The notes: generated by a model from the letters alone, not told the origin. Positions 36,001 to 50,139 are shown, counted from the first letter of the stretch. The stretch: DNA of 64,000 bases from Mizuhopecten yessoensis (GCF_002113885.1 NW_018408727.1:214334-278333); one strand, 5' to 3'. Numbers and translations: made by a program.

Positions 36001-38224
36001 ACAGGTGCTATTTGTTTTTAGTAAAATACACTTATAATCAGTGTATCCAGCACCTGTTTGGTAATGCCGAATGCTTTTTAGAGTGTAAAGAGATGACCGA
36101 TGACAAACTTGACGACACATAGAATGAGTTGTAGCTAATTAGAGCAGAACTTTACAGCAATTAATGTACCCAATATAAGACAGGACGTGATAATTATAAA
36201 AGTTATAAAGTACAAGCGTTATGTGTTATATCTTTGACGGGGAAGAGATTTAGTTTGTTGGATGTTTTTGCAATGCACAAATAATATAGCAATGAATTAC
36301 ATAAAATACAACTTTGGGCCAAGTGAGGTAAGAAAAATCCACTGCGATTCATATTTTTGCGCAGAAATGAGCACCTCTGTCACGGGTATATAGCAGGGAG
36401 CATATCCACTTCGCGTCCGGTTACTGCAACCTTGCAACAAAATGCCTCGATAACAATAGCATAATTGTAGGAATAATGAAGAGCAAATAACCTAGATTAT
36501 AGCGACAAAATTTCTTTACAAGACCTGCATACACCACCAAGTCTGGTCACTCTTTCCTTTAATGAATAATTAAAGTCGATTATCAAGAAGTTTTTAAATA
36601 AGATTACCACGTAACGATATCATGCACGTACTTGTACAGTATATATTTGATATTGTGTAGAAGACAGTGTTTATATGCAGTAATATAATCATTATTTAGC
36701 AATAGGTATACATGCCCTTGTGCAGCATAACTAACATACATGATTGAATATTTCAATTCCCAATCAAGTTGGACTCAATGCAACTACCAAATGTAATCTG
36801 TTTCATTTGCCGATGAATTCGACCAGATTAACATAACCTGTGCGTATGATTTTGCGAAGGGAAATAACAGTTGACATGTTTAAACAAAGATACCACTTGA
36901 AGAGATTTCACATTTTTATTGAAGCAAATTAACACAAGAAATTGTTCAAACGACCAAAAACAATCAATCAGCAAAATATTATCAACTCACGGTTGCTAGC
37001 GGTAGTGATGTACTGCCCTAGAAATTCTCCCACCAGCTCACAGGCATTTGTGTCTGTCAATAAAAATAGTCACGAGAAAAACAAAATCCCACCCTACTCA
37101 TAATAATTATATTCTATGAGTAGGGTATGTTTTTTTTAAACATAAACTAAAGCCCTAGCGCGGGCTTCATGCAATATGTAACCGATTTGCGTTCATACCG
37201 GTATGAACATTTAGAAAACGCCGTTCAATCCCTATGTACAGCGTCAGGTACAGGGACGCATGTACTTTAAGTTTTGGTCACACTAACATTGGTGTCTAGA
37301 GCCACCTGCACTGCATTGTAGTGTGTTATCATAAACCTGAGTTCCCCTTTACAAAAGACATACAATTCTGTCAATGTCAAAATTTTCGAATGCAGAGGGG
37401 CCTTAACTCTGCTTAAAAAGGGAATCATGACCGGCGTAGAGTACAACAACCCACCAAGTGAGCCCCAAGCGTCTTCCAAGTCCCTTCAGGCAATACAGAA
37501 ATAAATAATATGACTACTAGTATCCGACAAATTCAAGTTTTCATTTGTTTCAGATCTTATAACTTTCAAAACATAATTTGCCAGTGCCTGAGTATCCAGA
37601 AACATGTCTTTCTTTCATTAGCTTTAAAACCAAAATGTGCCTAATTTTTAATAACAGTTACATTTTCTGAAGTCATCAGCTCCAGAAATTTTACCATATT
37701 TGGATTGGTATAATATCTTCTTTTAATAAGCTGTCAGAAAACTTGCTATAAACAATGAATAAACACATTATGTCAAGTCGTATGTTTACTTGCAATGAGT
37801 GTTGCTTATCAAACAATCATCATTCGCGGCGTGAGACAAGGCTGTAGTGTATCTCCCCTTTTGTCCGCAAAAGATGCATATGGCAACAATGTTCATGGTA
37901 AGAGTGTGAAGCGTACGAGGTATGTTTAATATACCTCTACTTTATTTACTCTATATAACTGTTACAAGTAATTGGTTAAGGACTCACATAACTAAATCAG
38001 CCAATCAGCAAGTGTTTCATACCTTTGTAGTTCCTATCTGGAATAAGTTCCGGCTAATTACTGGGCCACTGATGAAGTTTAATAAGGAACTAATGACAGA
38101 TTTTTAGATAAATGTAATGTTTAGGTATTTAACTTTTGAAAAATATATACTTTTGATAACCTTTTTTCAAAACCTCGCGCGTCACTTCCCAGTTAGGTAG
38201 CAATTTCCCCCCATATGACCCCCC

Positions 38225-38696
38225 NNNNNNNNNNNNNNNNNNNNNNNNNNNNNNNNNNNNNNNNNNNNNNNNNNNNNNNNNNNNNNNNNNNNNNNNNNNN
38301 NNNNNNNNNNNNNNNNNNNNNNNNNNNNNNNNNNNNNNNNNNNNNNNNNNNNNNNNNNNNNNNNNNNNNNNNNNNNNNNNNNNNNNNNNNNNNNNNNNNN
38401 NNNNNNNNNNNNNNNNNNNNNNNNNNNNNNNNNNNNNNNNNNNNNNNNNNNNNNNNNNNNNNNNNNNNNNNNNNNNNNNNNNNNNNNNNNNNNNNNNNNN
38501 NNNNNNNNNNNNNNNNNNNNNNNNNNNNNNNNNNNNNNNNNNNNNNNNNNNNNNNNNNNNNNNNNNNNNNNNNNNNNNNNNNNNNNNNNNNNNNNNNNNN
38601 NNNNNNNNNNNNNNNNNNNNNNNNNNNNNNNNNNNNNNNNNNNNNNNNNNNNNNNNNNNNNNNNNNNNNNNNNNNNNNNNNNNNNNNNNNNNNNNN
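38225..38696. other. Assembly gap (472 N)
   Basis: Run of n characters. Confidence 0.99.
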
Positions 38697-39597
38697 AGTT
38701 TATGGGTTTACCAATATTTTCTAGTTAAAACTATCTCTCCAGTGTATATCGGTATAATAAAACGGTTTAAGTATGTTCTCAAGTTTTACCATATATTTTA
38801 AACCAGTATATCTTGCACAGTACCAACATTATAAGACGTACTATTATACAGTTAACGTATGGGGGTTCGCCTCGGGGTCTCGGGACACAAGAAAATTGCC
38901 ATATCCCTCAACCCCATACTTTTACTGTATAATAGTACATCTTATATAATCTTGTACTGTGCAAGATACATGTATACTGGTTTACAATATATGGTAAAAT
39001 TTGTAGAGAACACGCCTAAATCCAATGTTACTTGGGTGTAAGTTACAAGGTAGCTGGTGTACGTTATTGTTCTAAATATTACATGATATACAGTACATGG
39101 TCTAAGGGTTGTGCAATATATATATGTGATATAATGTTTCACCCTACACGTTAGAGTGTTGTATTGGTATAAGGTAAAATAATGTACAGACTCGTTTCGT
39201 TTTGTATAGTGGTACCTAATTGGTATACACAAATAAATCGCTCAGTCAACGCTTGACAAAGGGACCAGTCGGTCTTGAATCGTTCAATACATTCACTGTT
39301 TGTGTATAAAGCAATAAAATTTCAAAATGAAATGTTGTGTGAAATAAAGTAAAGTGTCATCCGTTTTAAATGCTGTCAGTATCTGGTATATTAATGTGTA
39401 TATATACGGTTTGTTAATGTAGTGCGGTTAAAGACAAAATGATGTTCAACATGTTTAAGTGTTGCCGAGAACAATATTAAATTTTGTTCATGTACATTTT
39501 GTGAAAACACACTATAAAGTATATGGAAAAAATACAGTTTATTGTAAAATGATTGTTATATAACATTAACAATATCGTGTGGACTGGTAGGTTTTAT

Positions 39598-39737
39598 TGT
39601 ACATAGGATTAAGGTCACCTTCTAGCTTCGACCTTGAGGGAGTTTCCCTTTAGATCAGTGGTAGAGCATCCGACTAGGAACCTGGAGATCGAGTGTTCGA
39701 TCCCCAGTGGAAGCACACTATTCCCTTTCCTATTACA
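39598..39737 (+). mobile_element. tRNA-containing solo-LTR-like repeat
   Basis: TGTACA...ATTACA ends, about 45-nt leader, then TAGATCAGTGGTAGAGC and GTTCGATCCC; homologous to 43977-44115. Confidence 0.6.
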
Positions 39738-41589
39738 CTCGTAATAAAATAACAAGATGAAATGTTGTATGAAAAATATTCAAGAGCAGAGTAAACATTT
39801 TCTCGACGCAGCATATCCTCACTCACATGTTTGTTCCCTATTCTACTATAAAGTTTTAATGGTATACCGAGTAGGGCGTTTAAACTGTAGCCTTAGTGTT
39901 GTTCCATTTTTATCAGGTTTTTTGGTATATTTATATATGATGACACGTTTAGTATCAACTCGTCACGTATGCAAGGAGAACCTATGCTGGTAAAGCATGG
40001 TGCCATATGTGTTTGGCCATTTATTTTTGCAGAAGGTGTCTAGAGGTCCGACCGACATGACTTGCTACGTTTAAATGAAATCCGTTAGACCCCGTGCGAG
40101 CCATGATATTGAGAGTCAAAGGAGGACAGTCAATGACATATCTTTTCTCTGTTTTGACAAATTCAATATACTTTTAAAACATATTATTTTAGTCAAAATC
40201 AATTATTTAGATATGTTTTCAAAATATTACATCAATGAATTAATTGAAACATGAATGAGTTGCTTTTAGTTCCATTCAAAGTGGACCCTCATTTTCACCA
40301 TAAAACTTTGTTCAGAGAATAATAAATGTACCTTGTGCTTTCCTTGTTATCACCAGGAAAGGGTATCTAATATATATACATGCATGTTCTATTATATGCA
40401 CTTTACCCCCACCCCAATAGGTCCCAATTGGTCATGTACCATGTAACCGGAACCTTAAGGTTCCGTGATGGAAGTGTAAACAAAAAAAGGCAGCAAAACT
40501 ACTTCCCCGGAAACATAAGTAAATATGAGCTTTGTTTCGGTTGTGCGACTTTGAGAAAAAAATATTGATTTTGAAATGTTGAATAATCTGGTCATGAAAT
40601 AACTGGTAGCCAGAAATGAACGCCATTTTATAGAAACTTAATGCCAATTTCAGTCTGGTAACTTTCTGTTCGATGTCTTGAGACCCCGTACTAAACGGAC
40701 CAAAGTTTGGCAACTTACTTGACGTCTCCTTAAAACACTTACACGGACCTCGTTTTTTTCTTCTTTCTCAAAACAAGACAGCAGCTGCTTTAATCATCTG
40801 GCCGATATGAATCAGGCTCAGCCTCAGTATCGGGCAGGAGTTAATTCCACTTATTCATCATCGATCGCCAGAGTCAACACCCGATCGAGTATTTGATCCA
40901 GATAAGATTATTAAATCATCCGTGCTTAGTGAACTAGCAGGGGACTGGTGTCCTATCACAATCCTCAGGGTGTTATGACCTATTTCGCTGACCTCTATCA
41001 TAACACTTATTTAGATGACGATTGACAACATTACCAATTCCTTTAGCCAACACTGACACTAGATTGCACTTAGACCAATTTGCTGATCACTGTCGAAATT
41101 ACGTATTTGGTTGATAACCTGACGACAACGGACTCCGACAACTTTATCTATTAGAGGACCCAGACGACGTTACAACATCTAACTGGCACATGGCTCAAGT
41201 TGCTCAAACGTTGGATAAGTTTAACAACTGGTTAATGCAAACAAAAAAATGTCGCCTCTAAGAAACGAGGAGTTTTAAAGCAAAAATCATCGTTAAATAC
41301 ACCAATCGGAATTTGTTCCCTAACCGCTGGTTCACTCTAACCAAGCTTGGTGCAACATGGACCTGCATTTAGTTGATCATGACGCCATTTTTTTATCCTT
41401 AAGATTAAGTATTGAGCTAACCTTTACGACATTCCTATCATCTATATAACTGACACCTTCATGACAACATTGCGTCAGCATAAGTTGTTATTGACAATAT
41501 TTCTTAACTTTAAAGTACCTTGTGCTTTCCTTGTTATCACCAAGAAAGGGTATCTAATATACCAAGAAAGGGTATCTAATATGTATATA

Positions 41590-41925
41590 CATGACTAGAT
41601 ATTCCGTATTTAGCTTACCTGACGACATTCCTTACTTAGCTAACTTGAAGACATTCCTTGTTTAGTTGGCCCTGATGACATTCCTTATTTAACTTACCCT
41701 GACGACATTCGTTTTTTAGTTAACTCTGACAACATTTCCTATTTATTTCACCCTGACGACATTTCTAATTTAGCTAATCCTGACGACATTTCCTATTTAG
41801 CTAACCCTGACGATATTCCTTTTTTAAGCTAACCCTGCGACATTTCCTATTTACCTAACCCTGACGACATTCCTTATTTAGCTAACCCTGACGGCATTTC
41901 TTATTTAGCTGACCTTTTTGACATT
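41590..41925. repeat. 27-28-bp degenerate minisatellite CCTGACGACATTCCTTATTTAGCTAAC, about 12 copies
   Basis: Direct reading. Confidence 0.88.
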
Positions 41926-43976
41926 TATTGATAATCATGTTATTATTTGAACAGCATCACCAAAAGGACTTTAATCATATGGTTTCTCATCCTGCAATCG
42001 TGAAATTAAGAAAGGTTGTGCATGCTGGGACGGAGATACTGTACCTGGGTAGGCTAGACTGTTAATTTTGAAGGATATATAATTGTGAAGTTTTATTTAA
42101 ATATGACCATCATAACTATCATATCTCTCTCACATTCCTATCCTAAATTAAAATTCAAAACAAATCTGTTAGCTTCAAAATCCAAACCAGTGCTTTCTTA
42201 ATTCAGATCAGCCCCAGTATAACTTTGCTATAATATATTCATGTGAAATTGCAAATTGAGCTCTAGTCGGCTTTGTACGATTACAATTCCAAATATAATC
42301 GACAGAAAAAAAAAGTAAAAACATAAAAAACACAAACAATGTAAATTCTTGTCCTGTTTTACTACCAATCGAGTCTGGGTACGAATATATTTTGGATCGA
42401 TGAAAACATTCAAAGTTGTCACGGTGCCAAGAGTTACCTCCCTTGTATAACAGAAAACCGCTAACTTTGTGTTATGCACAATTCATTTATTGTACAAAAT
42501 AATATAAATGAGGAAATCTTTTACATACATATATGACTCTTATGAGGTCAGCACCAAATAAGGAAATGATAAGTTAGTCTTTATAAGTAATAAGTTTTCA
42601 TGTAAAACAAGATTTTAAACAAATCAAATAAGTAACAGATATGTACTGAATTAAGATTGTTCGGATACCAAACATTTCTGTTACATATTTCATATATATG
42701 TATATGCGGGTGTAGCTCTCTGATTTCGAAGATGTTAACGTTCGTATCATGCTGTTACCAGGGGCCTTATTGTAAACCAACTCTCCTTATTGTTTCATTT
42801 TTGGCCCCTGTAGTATTTTTATTTTATTTCATTAACATTATGCATGTAAGTGAAATGCTCACAAATTCCACGTATCTCATTAACCTACTAAATGTGCTAA
42901 ATGTGTAATAAAGAAGAAAAAAATCGGTATGTACTTTGATTTTGTAATATTCATACATAGATTGTATATATATAATTATAACAATACCAGTCCATGAATA
43001 TATTATATTTAAACACATGACAACCACTCAAAACTACACGCAGACCTTCGATCACAGGTTGTTTGTTGAGATCAATTTAACAAAACTTGTCTAACCTCTA
43101 GCGTAATTATACAAAACAAGAGTCGGCAACATCCTTTATCGAAATGCCATTTACTTAATATTAGGAAACCATATACGCGGATGGAGATAAAAGACGGCTC
43201 ACATAGCCGGTTTAACTCCACAATCTACACAAGTATCGGGACTGTTCATGCGTCAGTAAACGTCGGAAACAAACTCTGTCACATGAAACAAATATCAACA
43301 AATAAAACGTATAGCAATTTAACATTTTGTTATAGCGTGGAATTGTCTAAAACGTTTGAAACTGTAACCAATAATACGCCAGCAGATCAAACGACACAGC
43401 ATCCCCTGAAATAACTGCACAGTCAGTACAGCGATTGATATGAAGGGCTCGATTGATCGAAACGGTAAGCAATTGATTAATTAGGACTTGTAACATACCG
43501 TAATCATAACAACTAGCTGATACTTAAAAGGAACAAAATTATTTTAAACAAAAATAAAATATCGGCGAAATTAAAACTGTGGCAAGCAAAGTTAACATTA
43601 AAAAAGGGGAGGGCTGTATAAGAGTTTTTTTAATGTAATAGAATATGTTAAAATGAATTTAAGATATTTCTAACCGAATTAAAGACATAATTATGATTAT
43701 ATATGATGTATCGAGTGTTTGTACCCGGTAAAATATTTCCTCAATTAACAGAGATATCTTTTTCTTAAGCTTTTAAAGTTAAGTTAGCTCGTCATTCAAA
43801 ATCTCTATAACATATTTAACTGTTGAAATTTATTTATTTATTCACTTGATTCTAGCGTGTGTGTTATAACCAGCATTGAAATAATAGTTTTCAGCATACG
43901 AGCAACAGCTTAGTTAAAGATGGTTTTAAGACGATATCTGTAAATGAATAAAAATCAGACAATGTCTTGATGCAAA

Positions 43977-44115
43977 TGAATGATGATTAAGGTCACCTTC
44001 TAGCTTTGAGCTAGAGGGAATTTCCCTTTAGCTCAGTGGTAGAGCGTCCGGCTAAGAACATAGGGATCGCAAGTTCGATCCCCGGTGGAAGCACACTATT
44101 CTCTTTCCTGTTTCA
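43977..44115 (+). mobile_element. tRNA-containing solo-LTR-like repeat
   Basis: Same leader GATTAAGGTCACCTTCTAGCTT, A-box TAGCTCAGTGG, B-box GTTCGATCCC, ends TTCCTGTTTCA. Confidence 0.6.
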
Positions 44116-45228
44116 ATAATATTGATCAACTATTGACTTTTGTCGAGGTCGATACGATGTTATATGAACCTGATAGAGTGATATCGACCGAGGAAAGGAA
44201 CAACACAGAGAGCTACATATAGTGACGTCGTATGGTAAGCGGTAGACCCAGACATTTGATGAAACGTTACGAGAGGAATATTCAACATGTTATTCAATTG
44301 CTGTACTTGTTTACATATAAGAAAATAAAAACAAGAAATAAAATTATATTATTAATACATTCATATAAATTCATACCTGGTGTAACTATCACAGAAAATG
44401 TATCCAGTCACACTTCTATCACAGAAATCTCGTTCTCATCTTCTATAATCAGACATATTTATGATTATCTAAAATATTGTATAGGGCTGCCGTTCAGTAA
44501 GGAAAACACTATTGAACTTTTGAAAACGGTGCGTACGTATGCCAATATCATAGAACCTTTAGCTATATAAGTAAACAGTAAGTTTGCCCCCCTGAGTTAT
44601 ATTGAAAATTTTACTATATAAAATGAATAACAGTACTTGTATTTTGAATCTGGGTTATAAAATAAGACCGTTTTTAAACGTTCCAAAACGTTTTTCTTAG
44701 TGACCGGAACCAAGCTGTACACACTAAATCGGTATCACTCAGACTCTTGGCACAGGATACTCGGCACTTCTATGGTAAAACAGCTACTGTTCAAACGTCT
44801 ACATCATCTATACTTAACCAGCATTCTCCTCCAATCACAAACTTTCTGCGTTTAAAAATCCAATTGGTGTAATCTTGCGTTAATTTATGGTACATCGATT
44901 CTCATAACTATAACAGCAAGGCAGTAGCTCTTCAAAGCTTCAAAAAAGTAACTTAGTGCTGACTTCAGTTAAATCCCTTGGGAACTAGACGCTAATGGTG
45001 ATCTTTAAACAAGTCAGACGTTTCGCAATCATTTCGGTTTGAAGCTATAAACAGCACCGGAAAAGATTAACATACGGAAGATTTTACACCAAATCCGACG
45101 ACAATCATCCCTTCCGTTTATTGTGCCTTTATTGAACGTCTCTGACCGGAAACGATTCATGTTTCCTATACACAGCACTGAAGCATTTAACTTCCGGAAG
45201 ATTTTGCACAAAAAAGCAAATACAAACG

Positions 45229-46395
45229 TTACTTCCGTTTATTGCGCGCAGATAATGCATTTATTGAACGTCTTTGACCGGAAGGTATCCATGTTTTGTC
45301 CTTGGATATCGCGGGAAGAGCCTGTTGGGAGGACTTGACACTGTTCGGGACAGACGCCCTTGTCGGAGGCTTCAGTGTGCCAGGACCTGCGTTCACATTA
45401 CTGAACCTTGCTGTCTGTGAACCTTGCTTGGGCTTAGGGAACTGGTTCACATCCAGCTGTTCTCTATGACTGCTTCGGGTGGCTACGTGCTCATGCGCAG
45501 GTGGCCTGTTGCTCAACAAAATGTCCTTAATGTCTCTGACGTCGTTAGATATTTCTTTGTTCTGTTCTCGGAGATTCCTCATCTCCTCGTACTGTTGTTT
45601 CATCACTTCACGCATACGCTCCACTTCCTGTCGCATCGCTCGCGAGGCTTTCTCCAAATCGTCTCGAAATTTCATGTTCATTTCACTTTTTTCGAATTCC
45701 ATTATCTTGATCTTCTTACTTTGTTGTTCTATAACATTTCTAGCGCGCATCAATTCTGTTTCCATAGAATTTAGTCTATCTTTCATTGTTACAAGTTCGT
45801 GTTTGAGCTTTCGTATTTCTTCATTTTGGTGTTTATATACTGTATCGGATTCCAGATGCCTTTTAACGTCCTTCAGTTTGCTGACTTTCTTGGAAAGTTT
45901 ATCAGCATAATCCTCCGTCTGCTGTACGAGATCACGTAGTCCGTTAATCTCGTCCATTTTATCAGAGATTTGTTGATCCTGATCGTCCTTTTCCTGTATA
46001 AGGACATCAATTCTCTCCTCCCGATTGGTTACGGAACCTCGCAGCTCGGCAATCTCCGCCTCTTTTTCCCGAAGCGCCCTCTCTTTCTCCGTCAGCATTT
46101 TCTTCTTCTCTTGCTCGTGCTGCTTAGACTCGACGTCTATTCGAATTCTCAACGTCTCAATTTGGTGTTCGAGTGTCTTGTTGAGGTTTATAACCGTCTC
46201 CAGCACGCCTATGGCCTCAGGAGGGACATTGAAAGCACCCAGTGGCTCCCCGGGGTCAGTCATCTCCCCAGTCGACGGACGGGAGGTCGATATTGGAGTG
46301 GACAGTGAGCTCTGAGGAGACAGGGTGTGTGTAGTGATCTCGATCTCCGGTACCCTGGATGCCATCCCCTTTCCCTGAATTCCTAGCTCGTCATC
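45229..46395 (-). CDS. Coiled-coil protein paralogue A, main exon (about 408 aa spliced product; function unknown)
   Basis: Long E/K/Q/R-rich heptad-patterned ORF; acceptor TTTTGTTTTGTTAAG|GAT; clear similarity to ORF 57074-58003. Confidence 0.88.
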   Translation of the reverse strand, partial: DDELGIQGKGMASRVPEIEITTHTLSPQSSLSTPISTSRPSTGEMTDPGEPLGAFNVPPEAIGVLETVINLNKTLEHQIETLRIRIDVESKQHEQEKKKMLTEKERALREKEAEIAELRGSVTNREERIDVLIQEKDDQDQQISDKMDEINGLRDLVQQTEDYADKLSKKVSKLKDVKRHLESDTVYKHQNEEIRKLKHELVTMKDRLNSMETELMRARNVIEQQSKKIKIMEFEKSEMNMKFRDDLEKASRAMRQEVERMREVMKQQYEEMRNLREQNKEISNDVRDIKDILLSNRPPAHEHVATRSSHREQLDVNQFPKPKQGSQTARFSNVNAGPGTLKPPTRASVPNSVKSSQQALPAISKDKTWIPSGQRRSINALSARNKRK

Positions 46396-46632
46396 CTTAA
46401 CAAAACAAAACATAGATTTGTGGATTAAAAAAACAAACTTACTGTGTAAATACTCTTAACTAAGAATTTATTTTCAATGCTCAATAAATACTAAAGGGAT
46501 GCATATAACAGATAGAAGAAACCAGCCAAGTTCACAACCGGGTTCGGTAATGCTCATCTGATTTATCATAAGAAGATTCAGAAGTAATCATCGTATCCTA
46601 CGCCCTACTATATATGTCATTATCTTGCTTAC

Positions 46633-46692
46633 CCTAGTGTGATCCATGCTGAGGTCTGGTCGTGATGGCATGACTTGACCTCCACTTGCCAT
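46633..46692 (-). CDS. Coiled-coil protein paralogue A, first coding exon (MASGGQVMPSRPDLSMDHTR)
   Basis: Acceptor CTGTTTCAG before 46700, AAAATGG start context, phase-0 donor AGG|GTAAGC splicing in frame to 46395. Confidence 0.7.
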
Positions 46693-49600
46693 TTTAGGAC
46701 CTGAAACAGAAATTCTTTCTTTAATTGCGGTATGCAAACATCGGATACTAGTGCAATTATACCACCCTAGGTTGCAATGTAGAGGAATAGGTCGAATTCA
46801 AGAGAAAATGGATTTCAGTTACTCCTTTGACTACATGTGAATTTGATCCCAGAAATCACAAAGGAACGACCTACCACGGTAAGTGTAGACACTGTGATAT
46901 ATTTCCGTAAAGTGGATCCCATGTCTTGCCCTGTGTCCAGTCAGGACTATCCCTATAGAAATAGTCATTGGCTGTCTGAGTGTCTCAATCAAAATGACCG
47001 AGGTTTTCATTTACCACAGGTTTTATGCTAGGAACTCCAACATGTCAAATATACTACAATCCCGATCTTGAACTTTAATTCTTTTAGACGATTAGCGGTG
47101 CTTTCTTACGCGTCAAAAGGTCAAACTTAAAGTATTAGAGCATATGGTCCATTATCAAAGAAGGTTTAACGTCAGTTAATCATATTACATCATACATTAT
47201 ATATGCATATAAAGTTTATACAAACATAAACATTATATTACGTGACTAGCGTCTACATCGTAATATCAACGTATGTAATGCTATAGTATTAAAATAATTT
47301 TTGACTTTAAATACTGTATGGTTTCTGAGGTATTATGTGCTGCCAAAGACCAACCCATGCAGCCAATCCTATGTTATATACATACAAGTATAGGCGATGT
47401 TTGACACGTAAGTATGCAGTCGGCAGCTGTGAGTGACATTACTTTGCGTTACAAACCCGTGCTCCTCACAGTGATGATCAGCTCGACAGTGCACAAGTGG
47501 ACAGGAATATATGGTTTTGGGAGTTAAACTGGTTTTCTGGAGGTATTCCAGAAGACGGTATAATCTGTTTGTCATGTAATAAAACTGCTCTTCTTGGTAA
47601 GTCTGTAAGTTTATGAATTAGAAGCGACTGGGTACATATAATTAATTGTTGATGATAGAATGTTGTATAAGACTTTGGAAGTATCGGTACCAGGGGGAAC
47701 AAGAGATTAGTTTTACAGTGCTGATATATATATATATACAGATCTTTATTATTGCAAGATACAGAAAACAATGTTCAAATACTGTATAACTGTTTTGATA
47801 AATAAAAGGATTGCATAAAGTGGAAAATAAACAATATACAACAGCTTCGACATTCAAGGACAAATGCAAAACTCAAACTCGATACGAATGACAGGCTCTG
47901 ATAAGACACCTAAACACAATTTCAGCCAATATACATGTAGACTCCCGCAAAAGAATCGAACCAGGTACTTCGTAATGATTAGCATTGCCTGCACCAACGA
48001 TATAGGGCACTTCTCTAGTCGTGGTAGACAATGATTTATCTTAGTTTAACCTCAGGTGGAGTAAACCTTAGCTTGACAGTTCATTAGAGTTTATCTGGAA
48101 GGTTATACTACATAGAGTCTGCAGCCTCTAGAGTTGCTAATTTCTTGTTCCGGTGAATAGCTACTAAATGGGAAGATAATTTGTCAATATTTTTTTAAGA
48201 ATTATGGGAAGACCGTTTTCAGTGTTTACACTCGTGTCCCATGATTTAAGCGTGTACATGAAAGATGGTTTGATCACACATTCCATGCTTGAGCATGAAA
48301 ACGGTGTCATGAATACGGGCCCTAATTGTCAGATATGTGTAGAAAATGTGAAGTGAACTTATCTGTTTTATGTTTGTCCAGATTGAGCATAGTGTAAGAT
48401 TACACTGATGTCAATCGCGTCTAGTCTTCTAAAAGCAGCACAGAGCTGGCAAATGGTCGAGCTACATCTTAGAAGGAACATTGCAGTCCTTGCAGATTTG
48501 AACAACCTATTATCTTATAACAGGTAAAGTATCTTTTGGTAAAAGAGACCATAAAAATTGTCTATATGCACTCGTTCAAAAAAACCTGGTTTAATTTTGA
48601 AATGAAGCTGAATACAATTTAGTATTAATGTCACATTTGTTCTCCTGTCTTGTTTCTCTATTTCAAGGTAATTAATTAAATATTATAGATGGGACGTGCA
48701 TGCTATTTTGCTCTCTGTTTATAGATTGCATTATTTCACTTTTATTCTGTTTGTGAAAAGGATTGTTCAAATACATACGTACCTTTGGCTATACATAATG
48801 AATGACTCATGAGTCCCGCGTTAAGGAATAACAACCAAGTTAACATAAATTTAAAACGCAATATAAAGAGTCCAGCTGATTTCGGTATTTTCATAAACGT
48901 GCTACTCAGTTTCGTTACTGTTAACCATCAATATTCTAATTAAGTTTGTAAAGATATCTTTATTACATGTGTACGTACCACGTTTTTAAATTGTATTTGA
49001 ATTGTCTTCATGTGTGTTCATTTCGACTTCGTGTTGTGATTAATCTTTTATCATTCTTTGTTGAATAAGGCTATGCTATATCTATTGTTTCTATTTTACT
49101 TTATATATCTATTATGTACACAGATGTTTATACCAATACATATATTATGTATGAAGTTTCGCACCTTACATTAATATGTAACGCAGTCAACAAGATAATA
49201 AATTGTCAATACTACTGGTTACTTTAGGAAGAGAAAAGAATTTCTAGTTCTAGCAACTGGACGACTCGCAGCCATATCTACAACATATACCCATAAAAAT
49301 TGTAATACGAGCAAAACAAATGTATCTGTTAAAGCTTGTGTCTAGATATGAGGACCATTGTAGAACTATTTTTGCTGAAAATAGATCTTTAATTGGAGTA
49401 TACAAAAGTTAAAGGAGATCATATTCACAGAGCAGGACGTGGATCATTTTGTGTTGACGTCATTGTGACACTGGTTCCTAGACATGAACGCTACATGTCA
49501 GATTGGGGATTTCTAATCTAGGTCTAAGTATTGCGGTATGGAAAGGTGCTGTATGGAGAATAATGTTAACAACTGCAGTTAACAATACAGTAAACTTTAT

Positions 49601-50139
49601 TTGTACACGATCTTTTCACACAGACAGACCCACATTTACAATTGACAATTGTGCACAATTGAATATCATATATTTTGATTTTCAAGTGTGATCTAATCAA
49701 CAGTTTTTTTCTTCATGTTTTAGAAAGTATTAATATAATTAAGTAATAAATATTCATGTTGTGGACAAAACTTAAATCAACAAAAATCCAATGCTGATCG
49801 GAACATGCTTTTAGTAGTATAGACCGGATATAACAAAGAGAATGTTTGACACTTACCAGAGGTGTATATACTTATCAGCCGACATGTATGACATGTTTGG
49901 TACAGCTTGTGTTATCGACCCCACGTAATGCACCGAGCAGGTAACACTGCACGTAAACCAATGAGTAATGTGCATCCAACTAAACAGTGTCAAATGTGGG
50001 GTTATCAAGCTAACACAATGGCAATTAAGCCACTTTATAAACCAACTCCACGTCCGTCAACACTGATACTTCAGTCTAAAGCTGCATGTTTCAAAAGGGC
50101 AGCGACTTTACATATAAATGTAAAAGTGATTCCAAGGAT

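Noticed and set aside
38215-38724. 169-aa ORF
   Set aside because: Spans the N gap.
44018-44094. Functional tRNA genes (also 39641-39715, 3160-3235)
   Set aside because: A/B boxes are present but the anticodon and T stems do not pair; they are embedded in repeat units.
45424-46315. Plus-strand ORFs overlapping the coiled-coil gene (likewise 57020-57800, 27723-27953, 62213-62718)
   Set aside because: Antisense shadows of real minus-strand CDSs.
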